Shown one piece after another: positions 47,962 to 59,384 of a stretch of DNA of 64,000 nucleotides. Both the position numbers and the translations under genes were made by a program. The stretch lies in contig OY740797.1 in the NCBI GenBank assembly GCA_963514005.1, positions 19,716,001 to 19,780,000 on the forward strand, given 5' to 3'. The DNA comes from Raja brachyura (lineage: Eukaryota). Under the pieces are notes generated by a model. That model was not told where the DNA came from. It ran no database searches and saw only the letters and a program-made list of their open reading frames with translations. Every line of letters begins with the position of its first letter. Position 1 is the stretch's first letter.

Positions 47962-48574
47962 TAATGCCTGTCCCACTTTCACGACTTAATTCAAAACCTC
48001 TGCCGAGTTTAAAGGACCTAAAAAAAAAAAATCAAGATCGTGGTAATCTACAAACTCCTACGACCTTCCATGACTATGTTCACGAACTCCTACGAACTCC
48101 AACGCGTATGTCTACGAATTCCCACGACTATTTTGATGCCCTCCTTAAGGCCCTGTCCCACTTTCCCAATTTACTCACGAATTCTCCCGCTCGTAATGCC
48201 AGCCGTAGGTACGCGGGGCATCAGGTAAGATGGTACATTTTTTCAGCATGTTGAAAAATGTCCATGAGTAAAAAATATAGCCCCGAGTACCTACGGCTGG
48301 CTATTACCGTAATTCAAGGGGAAATCCCGGGAGAATTTGTGGTAACTCGGGAAAGTGGGACAAGGGCTTAACAAGTAAAAAGTTGCAATTTCTTTCATCC
48401 CAACCATTTTTTTACTCATGGATATTTTTTATCGGGCTGGAAAAAACGTCCCGACTTACCTGATGCCACGAGTCACTACGGCTAGCATAACGAGTGGCTA
48501 CGATATATATACAAACTCCTAAACCTCCTACAGACTCGTTGCGAACATTCTGCGAGTTTGAATCAAGGGCATCT
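47962..48574. mobile_element. MITE-like DNA transposons (PIF/Harbinger-type termini), one nested at 48149-48367
   Basis: Inner element ggccctgtcccactttccc...gggaaagtgggacaagggc is flanked by TTAA on both sides; the outer element starts gcctgtcccactttc and shares internal motifs. Confidence 0.7.
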
Positions 48575-51500
48575 GGCCCGAGAGAAGAGCTGGCCGAATT
48601 TAAACATGAAATGAATCTTCAGATGGCAGTGAATGCACAAGCAATACAAGATCAAAAAAAAAAAAAACGGAACGAGCCGCCACCCGAATAGAGGAGCTGG
48701 AAACATGGAGTGTCGCTGCAAACACTATACTCCAAGAAACAATGAAAGACCAGAAGTTACTCGTCGACAAATTGAATGATCTGGAGTCCAGCTCCCGAAT
48801 AAATAATTTGCGGATATACGGTGTGCCAGAGGGTGCGGAAGGTAGCTCAGTGCCTCAGTTTGTAGAGAAACTGCTCAGAAGTGAAATGTCAATTGCTGAA
48901 ATGACAGATTTACAGATTCAACGAGCACACAGATCCCTGGCACAGAAACCAAGCCCTAGTTCCCCTCCGAGATCCATAATTGTCCACTTTCTCCAGTTTA
49001 AAATTAAAGAGATGGTCCTCAAACAGGCAAAAGAAGATCCAACTTGGAGAACGAATGCTGTCTTTTGACCATGACTATACTACCGCTGTAGTACAACAAC
49101 GTAAGGCATACAAACATGTTAAACGCTTCTTAAAAGAGGAAGGAATCCGCTTTCAAACACCCTTTACCAAGATACGTATTCACTGGGAGAGCGGACACCA
49201 AACCTACAACAACGCAAGGGAAGCCGTGCGAGAGCTACAACAGAGAGGCTATAAAGTGGAAGAGCTGCGGGGAGACACAGACATGCCGCCACTGCGTGAA
49301 CAACTCCACCGAACGGCGCAGTGGCAGCTCGTTGAGAGACACGGAGAATCAGAAACAATCAGACGGGCATGGGAGCGCCTTCAAGTATTCCAACAAAAGA
49401 CTCATGCTTGACCCGAGATATGATTATGAAGGTACCCACAGACATGGATAACACAATGGCTTCTGCCACAATATGTTAGAATGCTGAGTTCTTATATGTA
49501 TATTCATAGACAAATCTGTTTATAAGCCTGGTTCTAAAAATATCACCAAGCATCACAGACCTCGTGTGAGTGTAATTAATGTTGATTTCATACAACTTTC
49601 TGTATTAGATAAATCCGACTGTTAGGGAGATCAGCGAAATATTACAGCTAGAATGAATGGAGGGACCCATAGAGGCTTCCCCCCTCAATTTACAAAGGGA
49701 TTTTGGATCTATGGAGGAGAGAGAATACCCTTTTTTGGGAGTCCATATATGTTTTGTTGTTTTGTTTTGCCAGGTAAAACACCTTTGTTTGTTCATATGT
49801 TTTGGTTTGTCGTTCAGAATGGTTCGGGTGTTTATTTGAGGGGATACAGTGAAATTAATCACACTAGTGTAATGATGCAATGTCAATGTTAAGCTGATGT
49901 CTCTAAATGTTAATAGTTTGGGCAATCCAATTTAGAGGGCTAAAGTCATGACTAAATTGAAAAAAGTGAAGATGCATATTATTTACTTACAAGAAACCCA
50001 TTTATCGCGACAAGAGCATGAGAAGCTGAAAAGATTTGGATATAAAAACACATATTATAGCTCATATACTTGTAGTCATAAAAGAGGAGTGGCAATCTTG
50101 ATATCAAACTCAGTGAAATTTGAAATGTTTAAAGAAATAAAAGACAAAGAAGGGAGATATATCATAGTAAAGGGCAAAGTTGATAATAATATCCTGACAC
50201 TGGTGAATTTCTGTGCTTCCCCAGATAGTGATAAACATTTTTTCAAATCAAATCAAATCAAATCAAATCAAATCAAATTTCAAATTGATATTATTGCAAT
50301 GGAAGTAGAAGGAATTTGTATATGTGGGGGTGATCTGAATGTTGTACTGAATCATAGGCTTGATACGACAAGTAAAAAGAAGAATAAGAACCAGTTAACA
50401 AAACTACTAAACACTACCTGTGAAGAATTTGGTTTTCTTGATGTCTGGAGGAATTTTCACCCTCTGGAAAGAGACTATATACATTATTCAATACCGCACT
50501 CAGTTTACTCCAGAATAAACTATTTCTTAATGCAGAAAGAAGACTGTTACAGGATAACGGATTGCAGAATCGGTGTGGCAGATGTATCGGACCATAATGT
50601 CATAAACTTAACAATTCAAATGAACAGTAGAAGGAAAGTGTGGCGATTAAATGTTGGAATATTGAATGATAAAACAACTGTTAATGATATTAAATTGGAA
50701 ATCAAAACTTATCTAGAGGAAAATGACAGGTGGACCCACCCATACTATGGGACTCATTGAAGGCTGTAATACGAGGTAGGTCAATAGCGAGGGCATCACA
50801 TATCAAAAAGGCCAGAATGAAAACATATAATAAGTTGATAACAGACCTGAAGGATTTAGAACAGAAGTACAAAAATAATAAGGATAAGAGAACTTATAAG
50901 CAAATAGAAGATTTGAGGGGCCAAATGGATGGAATATTGGGTCAAGAGGTGGAGAAAAAAAACAAGATTTGTAAAACAGGCACATTATGAGCTTGGCCCT
51001 AAATCCACTAAAATACTTGCCCGAAGGCTACGCAAACAACAGGCTGACAACACCATACACAAAATTAAGGACCCCTGTACACAGAATTTGAAGAGTGATA
51101 CAAAAGAAATAGATTATATATTCCAGGAGTATTATAAAGAATTATATACACAAACTTCTACAGTAGATGGAAAATCAATGAGGACTTTTTTAAGTACAAT
51201 AGATCTGCCCTGTATTGGAGACACACAAAATAAAATAATCACAGCAGAAATATCACTGGAGGAGATAGAGAAGACAATTGGTAGGATGAAATCAAGCAAG
51301 ACCCCAGGCAGCGGTAGCTATAGAATGGTATAAAATATTTTGTAATGAGCTGAACCCACTTCTTCTGAGAACCTTTAACAGGATTATCAAAGAAGGCAAG
51401 ACACCCCCGTCATGGAAAGAGGCAATTATAACATTAATCCCCAAAGAGAACAAAGACAAGGAAAATTGTACCAACTACAGACCAATATCAATTCTGAATG

Positions 51501-53861
51501 TGGACTATAAATTATATTCTTCAATTATCTCCAAACGATTTGAAAAGTTCATGCCAGATTTAATTGATGAAGACCAGACTGGTTTAATAATAGGCAGACA
51601 AACACAGGACAGCATTAGAAGAACCCTACAGATAATACACAAGACTCAAAAGGAAAGTACACGTGCTGTCCTGATAAGTCTAGACGCGGAAAAGGCTTTT
51701 GATAGGGTTAATTGGGAATTCTTATATCAAACACTAGAAAGATTTGGCTTTACCGAAGAGTCAATTCAAGTTATTAAAGCAGTTTACCAGCAACCTACTG
51801 CAAGAGTAAAGGTGAATGGTCCTTAACTGAGAGATTTGTGTTAGGAAGAGGAATGAGACAGGGATGTTGTCTTAGCCCTACCCTGTTTGTTATATATATT
51901 GAACCATTGGCTCAAGCGATTCGGCAAGATAGGGAACTGAGGGGAGTAACTATAAGAGACAGAGAACATAAAATTGGCCTTTTCGCTGATGATGTAATGA
52001 TGTATCTCACGGAAGTAAACACCTCATTTCCAAGGATGATGGGGATCATAGATGAATTTAATTTTTATGCAGGATATAAAGTGAATATTTCAAAAACTCA
52101 AATCCTCCTATTTAATTGTCCTCCTCCAGAAGAAATCAAACAAAATTATAATATTAAATGGGATTCAAAATCAATCAAATACCTAGGGATACATATAACA
52201 AAAAATATATCAATGTTGTATGGGGCCAATTATAATCACATCAACCAAAACATAAGAAAGAATATAGAAAGATGGTCCACCTACCCAATGGATTTTAGTA
52301 GTAAGATAAATGTGGTGAAAATGGATATTTTGTCAAGGCTATTGTACTTGTTTCAATCTCTGCCAATTGAGGTACCATTAAAACAATTCACGGAATGGGA
52401 TAAATTAATATCTAGATTTATTTGGGGAGGAAAGAAGGCCAGAATTCGAAACACTACACTCCAGTTGCCAAAGGACAAAGGTGGAATGGCACTTCCAAAT
52501 TTTAGGATATATTTCTATGCAGCCCAACTTCGACCACAAATTAATTGGTGTGAGGACAGCTATATAGCTAGGTGGAAAGTGATTGAGACATATATCCCTG
52601 ACTTCCACATCCAAACACTTTTGGGAGAAAAAGCGCTTCCTGGACATATCAGGAGTATAATCGATCCAATAACGATATTTACTTTAGAAACCTGGTTCAC
52701 TCTTACCAGACAACTTAAACTGAATAAACGACAAAAAGTTTTAAGATGGATAGCTTTGGATAATGAATTTAAACCAGGGATGTATGACAACATTTAAAGA
52801 GTGGATGAAGAAAGGAATGACTGCATTTTATACTGTTATTGAAAATGGAGACCTAAGAAGTTTTCAAGATTTGAAGGATAGATTTGCACTTCGGAACCAA
52901 GACTTGTTTAGATACCCTCAACTGAGAGATTATTACAATAAAAAGGTAAAAAGGGAGACACTAGAAGAAAAGAATCCAGTGATAGAAGTGATGGTTAATG
53001 CGTATCATCAAAAAACATTAAGGATTATTTCTAAACTTTATCATAGTTTAATGGAATGTCAAGCTAAAACTACATTTTATGTAAAATTTAGGTGGGAAAA
53101 GGAATTGAACATCACAATTTCAGAAGAAGAATGGCATCATATGTGTGTAACACTACAGACATCCACTAATTCACAAAATTGGAGAGAATTTAATTGGAAA
53201 ATTTTGATTTGTTTCTTTATTACTCCTAACATAAAAAGCAAGCAAATTCTAAGGCAGCAAACATGCTGGAGGCAATGTGGTCAAACAGACGCAAATTATG
53301 CACATATCTTCTGGAGTTGCCCAAAAATAGAACAATTTTGGGACATAGTGAATTCAGAATTAACTGAGGTATTAGGATATACAGTCTGCAAGAAGTGTTC
53401 CATTTTATACCCGGGATAATATAAATACAGTGGTGCTGAAGGAAGACCATTACTTGGTTAAAATCCTACTCACAGCTGGCAGAAAGGCCATTACAAGAAA
53501 CTGGCTTGGAGCGGACACACCCAGACTTAGACAATGGTCAGACATAGTACAGAAAATATTTGTCATGGAGAAAATGACATATTCTCTAAGAGTGAAAGAA
53601 GACGAGTTTAATAGAAAATGGGAAAAATGGATTAGGTATAGAAATAAAGACATCAACACTGTATAATTTTATAGACAATAATGTAACTTATTGGAAAATG
53701 TTTTAATATGAAAATAGTTCTGTATACTGCATCATTAATTGTAAACTGAACCCCCCGCTACACTGTTGTACGTTCACTGTAATGTTGCATGTTTTGTTGT
53801 TATATTTGTGTTTTATTTGTGTATACATAAAAGCAATAAAAACTAAAGTGTAAAAAAAAAA
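48575..53861 (+). mobile_element. L1-clade LINE, 5'-truncated in ORF1, decayed (a different family from the minus-strand L1s)
   Basis: 15-bp TSD GAATCAAGGGCATCT at 48560-48574 / 53862-53876. ORF1 motifs SRINNLRIYGVPEG, IQRAHR, PRSIIV. ORF2 motifs [40 protein letters not shown] at 53835 plus poly(A); (AAATC)n expansion at ~50244-50278. Confidence 0.96.
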
Positions 53862-54039
53862 GAATCAAGGGCATCTCTGTATGGAGTTGAAGGAGATGTG
53901 AAAGGTCTGCAATGAAAATTTCTTCTGCAGACTGAGGAAAGGTCGCGACCTGAAACATTGTCCGTTTATATCCTTCTGCAGATGCTGCCTGACCCTTTGA
54001 CCCTTTGAGTTCCCCTAGAACTATGTGTTTTGCTGAATA

Positions 54040-56105
54040 TTCTAGCCCCCGAGATCCCCGCTAAGTCTCTTACCTCTCAACTTTCAGCTCACGCCATTCA
54101 GTTTTAGAATTCCCTACCTTGGGAAATTTACTGTGAGCGTTCACGTTATACGTACTGTTTACTGTATGAGTTTCATGTAAACAAGGAATTTCATAGCAGG
54201 CAGCTGCATGTGATATTAAACCAAGATAATCTAATCTGAGTGATAAACATATAGTAGCCATGTTACAAAACCTATCTTCAGCAGCGCTCCAGATCTGCCA
54301 CTGGCTGTGCATGCGACTCCGGAGCCTTTTGGGGGGGGAGGGAATTAAAATGCAGGTTTGAATCGGTTGTCGGAGAGCGATTTTCTCAATGAAGAAAAAT
54401 CGATCGAACGTCCGTTCCCGTTTTTTTATAAAATCGCTGGACAATTTAACCATTGGATTAAAGTAAATAAACGACTTCTAACGCCTTCAATGTGACGGAT
54501 CGCAATATCACGACAAAACAAATGGTAAGTCGTATATTTCACATATAATCTTGCTTCTTGGTGTGACTTTAGTCTAATTTTACAATGCGAAAATGTTATT
54601 TACTCCCCATACAAATCGGCCATGTCTTGCCTGCTGATATGGACTTAAAATTCACGGCAACATTCCAATCGATCGCATTCCAGAAACACCCACTCGCAAG
54701 GATTAAAATTTTTTTTTTTTTGGACAATCATGTCATAAGAGCATCTAAATTGTCTATATTTTGTGTTATTGTCTATCCATATTCAATATTTTTATACTAA
54801 ATATCCACAGTTTTAGTCACATTTAATGTGCAAAAAATAATAATTTTGATTATATTGAGAGTGAATGCTATTAGATTAATTTACGGGAATTAACCATTAC
54901 ATTCCTTCCATTTTTGCTTATAAATTCATGACAGTGAGATTTAAAAATAATGTTATATTGTGAATTTGTGTGTGAATGTGATTAGTTTGTTATTTAGATA
55001 CTTAGGCTATTTAAAATTATAGCCCTTTCTTAAGAAATGGATAGATGTTTAGATTTAGTAATTGAATTTTGATTAATTGATTAGATGAATTTAATTGATT
55101 TGATGAAAGTGATGAATATGACTATTTTGTTGGGTATTTGCCATTTGTTTTAGCTTTTAACTTTATCATTGCTACCCTTTTTCTGAAAGAGCAAATAATA
55201 ACTTGTTTCTGTTAATGTTGTTCAGTGTATTTGTTCCTTAACATTTTGAACAGATGTCTCCAAAGAAGAAATGCAAAATTGTCAATCCAAATGCCCATCA
55301 AAACAGTGATTAAGACAGCATTCGCAGAGATTATCCGAATTTTGACTACTCCAAATCTGATGATCTACAGGACATTCTTGATGGGAAAGTAGTGGGCAGG
55401 AAGGTATGTCATTCATGGTTTCAAGAGCAAAAACCTGTAGTTTACAATGCCACCATTGAAAAGTTGAGGAAAATCAAGGTGTACAGAGTTGCTTATTGGT
55501 TACAATCTGACGAGTATGAAGATGCTACTGATTATGATATGTCAATGTATCAGCTAGCAACTGATCCTCTCCATAAGGACTTGGTCTATTGCTAGAAATT
55601 GTAATTTATTTACCTATCTGTTATGGACTTACAACATATAATACAATAATATTAAAGTTCTGATCTTGAGAATTTCACATTTTCGAATTTTCCAGGCAGT
55701 CTGGGTGTTTATTACTATTTCCGTCACAACGGTCTATTTTGTTTTTTGCTACAATTAGGTAACTAACTAATTATATGCTTTAAATTCAGGTCATCCAAGT
55801 AAGATGCTTTATATTTGTTTTAGAATGCTTCAATCTATAATAACTGAAAATTTCATTCAGTTCTCTTAATTTTTAAGAAAGTTGTCGGCTTTTGACTGTC
55901 CTCGCTCACAGCTTTTGTGTTAAGTGAATAGAAAAGCATTAGAGAACAAGATGCTAATTTCCGAGTATGAAAATGGCCATAACCTTTTTAATACTGAAGA
56001 TGTGAAAGTGAATTAGGTATCAAATTAAAGTTATTTTTCTGCTTTATCTGATGGGATAAATTACAGGCTTGATTTTTAAAATCTCTGAATTTTGTAACTC
56101 CTACA
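54040..56105. repeat. Unclassified probable transposon-derived segment with a short ORF remnant
   Basis: CpG-containing left part and AT-rich body; reading frame 55254-55595 (MSPKKKCK...one stop...VGRKVCHSW...YRVAYW...). No TIR or TSD identified. Confidence 0.3.
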
Positions 56106-56770
56106 TATAGCAAAAAGACAATAAGGGTCGAAAGATTATGTTTTGACAGGAAATTAGATGAAGAAGCACAGTCTAAAATTTGTGAACTCACAGAGCTCTA
56201 AGGTTCAACGAATTCGAGAACTTGTAGATAATTTGCAAAACATTACTAATCTATGAAACATTACTAATCTATGAACAGATCCTTGATCAGCAAGAATGTG
56301 TGTGCGTGATTGTGTGCGTGTGTTTGGAGGGGAGGAATGGTGAGTGAAAAGGATATCAGCGTTCGACAGAGTTTGAGCTTATAATCAGATCAGCCATGAT
56401 CAACTTGAACAGCGGAATAGCCTTGAATGCCCCCCCTACTGTCTTTGTGCTATTGATCAATAGGCCCCGAAGATCGAGTCAATCTTTCAGTGTGGCGGCT
56501 CCAGTTGGGATCAATGTTTTAGTCCATGTAAATAGCTGCAAATGTATTAAAATAAAAAGTGGTTAAAGTCGCATAAACAAAGATCTGCACCTATATACCG
56601 GGGAAGTAGGTTCAGTGAACCTCTGGCAATTATTAAGAAAACTGAGATTTTCTCTCTTTGTGAGAGTGCCTCCGATTGCATAGAGGCTTACAGCACGGAT
56701 ACAGGTCCTTCGGCCCATCTTGCCCACATCGGTCAACATGTCCCATCTACACCATTTCCACCTGCCTGCG

Positions 56771-57360
56771 TGTGAGTTATAGTTTGTGCTCACAATCACT
56801 ACTCAGACTAAATCGTGGAAACTAGAAATGCTTTATTTGCGAGTCTGCAGAATCGGGTGCCTCTCCAAGTTCAGACACACCAAGCAAAGGAAAAACGTCT
56901 ATTTTTATACAATTCATTGTACAATCTTTATTGATCGGACGCCTCCCCTTCTGACCCCTTCCAATCAGGGTACCGAGGTTCACAATCTTCCAACCCTCCC
57001 CTCCGTGCATCATCAATCATTCCCTCTTCTCCCACATCATACATCGCATGTACATTTAAATTAGGTTCTTTGCCATGAGGGGCGTAAAGTTAATATTTAT
57101 TTATTTCATTAAGCATGCTCAGTCGCTTTTGCCCTAACCTACATAATTGCCTTTGACCTAAAGACTAGCTTCTGTGTTGTCAGCTACATTCCTTACCTCA
57201 TCTTGTTATTCTACAATGTTGTCAACAGCTCTGAAGGACAGTAACAGTTTGTTCGAATCACAAGGTTGGTGATTCCAACTATTCGGCCCATCACAAGGTC
57301 AGTGGCTACAACCACTCGGCCACTCACAATGATGGTGGTTTAATCATCTTATCCCTCACA
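56771..57360 (-). mobile_element. 3' LTR of an endogenous retrovirus (590 bp)
   Basis: TGTGAG...CTCACA inverted termini; PPT AAAAGAAAAAGGGAGGAT immediately upstream (57378-57361); TATAAAA at ~56910 and AATAAA at ~56837 on the minus strand. Confidence 0.9.
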
Positions 57361-57502
57361 ATCCTCCCTTTTTCTTTTGCTATGCATCCTGTATTAAACC
57401 CCATTCCTAGACTTCCTGCTGTTCCAAAGCTAATAACATTCTTTTTATCTCTCTTTCCTCTGGGTGCTCTCTCAGCTTCATTATCAATATCTTCTGGACT
57501 TC

Positions 57503-59080
57503 CTATTTCTCCACCCTGGGGACTACAACAGCCTGCATTTGGCTTATACTTCTAGTTATAAGAACGCTGAGACATGGTATGCAACAGGGGATAAAGATCA
57601 CTGCAGCTAATGACCATAAAATCACCAGTCCTACCGCTTTCCACCAGGCTCCTCCCAAGACGTAATCCCACCATCCTGCTCCCATAATCAAATTCCATTT
57701 TTGTATTGGAACATGTGCCAATTTCCGGATTCCTTCTGATATGTCCATTATTGCCTGTCCATTGCCATCGATATCTGTGTCTGCTGCTTCGCTACCATCT
57801 CTAGTGCCGCCGCAGTTTGGTTAGTAATTACATCCAGTACTGCCTGGAGCCTTATGATCCGGTTTAACATGTATACCGGGTTTCGGTAGCCCCAGGATCC
57901 GTCCTGTGCCCAAGTGGCTGGTCCATAATACGAGATGATTCTTGCGGGTGGCCACTCATCATTTTCCCATTTTCCAATGTCCATTCTTCTCTTCGTTCAG
58001 TGTAGATCGTCAAAGATGGGTGTTCCTAGCGACCGCCCCTCCTCAGTGGTCAACAGAAAAAAACCCAGGTTGTACCAGTCCAATTAAACAAGCCCCACTC
58101 CATTTTTCTGGCAATACCGAGTATGCCTTGTGTCCGCATATCCATAACAGTCCTTCAGGGGCCGTTCCACTAGAGGTAACATTGTCCCATATATCTCACA
58201 ACACAGGGATTCCTTGATAAGGGTTGTTCCTGGTGCAGTTCCATAGTCCAGTTGATTCCATTCCATCAGTCTTCATCCACATAGTGCAGTTTCTTCCCTC
58301 TTTCTTATTTGGATACCATTTAGGCTCCTCTGGCCACCACACTCAGGACTGATTCGGCCACTGGGTGGTAATGCGCTGCCAGGGGCTGCTGCCTACTAGG
58401 ATGGCATCCTTTGCCCAGGGCCTGGCGATACACTCAGTTCCAACCGGGGTGTGTGTCAGGACCCATTCCTGGGGACTTCGATCTCTTCCCACCGTCAAAT
58501 TCCACTTTATCAGGTCCCATACCTCAATGATGGATCCTCTCCATGGCCAGCGAGAGCTCATCACATTCAGGATTTCTGGCTATCCGCAGGGCCAAGTCCT
58601 CAAACAGATTTCTTCCTACTTCGGGGATCTCAATCTATCTCTTTATTTCTTCAGACATATTCTGGTGCAGTTGGGGCTGGAAGGTGGGGGAGGTTTGTTG
58701 ACTACTGCTTCTGCTAACTTCCCTATCACTACCTCCTTAATTTTGTCTAATGTTTCCTCCCTGGCTCGGGAAGGGATGCCTAACTGTCCTCTCTTAGTCA
58801 TGCAGACCCATTTCTCCCCTTTTGGGCAGGTAATGAGCCCAAAACTTCCTACATGTCCCTTATTTTCCACTACATAATACTCCCTCCCCCCGTCCTGACA
58901 AACAGCTCTAGTCCTTAGGTCATAGCAATCATCACTTACATGGGAATGATAGGTAAATGATCTGGTTGTTCGCCCTCCATATCTGATAGGATGGCAGCAT
59001 TTATCACAGTTATTAACACTTCTTATAATGGTTACATACATAGTTAGTAATACAACTGCTCCGTTCATACTGTTAGTCAT
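57503..59080 (-). pseudogene. env: Decayed class I (ERV3/HERV-I-like) retroviral envelope
   Basis: Signal peptide plus CDKC; WPW; furin site (R>stop)TKR; [40 protein letters not shown]; IRKLAHVP; TM anchor with IPCCIPC. Multiple stops and deletions. Confidence 0.92.
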
Positions 59081-59102
59081 AGACTTATTTCTTACTAAAA
59101 GT

Positions 59103-59384
59103 TTACGCTAGGGGCATACTCCCCGGCTTCACCATCCATTGTTCCTCTTTATTAGGGGTGGGTGGGTCAACGGGCCCTTTAACACGGGTCGCGTGGGTCC
59201 ACCCTTTTTCTCTTGTTCGTACTGCTGTCTCGGTTGTCAGTAATACTAGGTATGGGCCGGTCCACCGGGGCTGGAGTTTCTCCTCCTTCCAATTCTTGAC
59301 CAGTACCCAGTCGCCAGCCTTTACAGCATATATTGGAAAGTCGAGTGGTGGGCTTTGAGCCAATAATCCTTTAGCTTTTAATTC
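59103..59384 (-). pseudogene. pol: Retroviral integrase C-terminus (pol remnant), cut by an L1 insertion
   Basis: GDWVLVKNWKEEKLQPRWTGPYLVLLTTETAVRTREKGWTHATRVK is a gamma-like integrase GPY/F C-terminal domain. Confidence 0.9.
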
